Below, in pieces: positions 59,872-64,000 of a stretch of DNA of 64,000 bases. Made by a program: the position numbers and the translations under genes. The stretch is from an uncultured Trueperaceae bacterium (GTDB taxonomy: Bacteria > Deinococcota > Deinococci > Deinococcales > Trueperaceae). The notes under the pieces were generated by a model. The model worked only from the letters and a program-made list of their open reading frames with translations. It had not been told where the DNA came from and made no database searches. The DNA lies in contig CAWFFU010000003.1 of the NCBI GenBank assembly GCA_963815215.1, forward strand, positions 352,001-416,000. Direction: 5' to 3'. How positions within the stretch are numbered: position 1 is the first letter of the stretch; the number at the start of each line of letters is the position of its first letter.

Positions 59872-64000
<4,129 letters not shown>

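Overview
GC-rich chromosomal region, most likely from a Deinococcota bacterium (inferred from lineage-type insertions in DnaE and ThrS, MglAB, an RqkA-like kinase and many leaderless genes). It is mostly housekeeping: dnaE (5'-truncated), pilT, two cyclophilins, thrS, cysS, dprA, glpKD, an acyl-CoA synthetase, mglBA, gcvT-H-PA-PB, an A-type Fe-S carrier, marR-MFS, nfeD-floA-yqfB-phoH-pgpH-ybeY-dgkA-cdd, a TPR protein, hisCBH, SPOR-rapZ-yvcK, a Moco oxidoreductase, murA, an RHH-kinase pair and gltB (5'-truncated). There are three tRNAs (Leu-TAA, Met-CAT, Trp-CCA), with a small decaying islet between tRNA-Leu and tRNA-Met. I saw no CRISPR array, integrase or transposase. The most interesting signals lie below the ORF-track size cutoff: (1) leaderless leader peptides carrying the cognate amino-acid codons in front of both aminoacyl-tRNA synthetase genes, with the same layout at an acyl-CoA synthetase; (2) mini-ORFs that bridge neighbouring genes through stop/start overlaps; (3) two apparent pseudoenzymes (SpeD-like, AroE-like); (4) candidate operators, namely 11-bp direct repeats at pilT, a CRP-like site at -61.5 of speD-glpKD, and murA/RHH divergent promoters sharing one -35 element; (5) a possible ATC start for phoH and a possibly ferredoxin-dependent GltB. 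All calls come from reading the sequence by eye and recalled family motifs; no searches were run.
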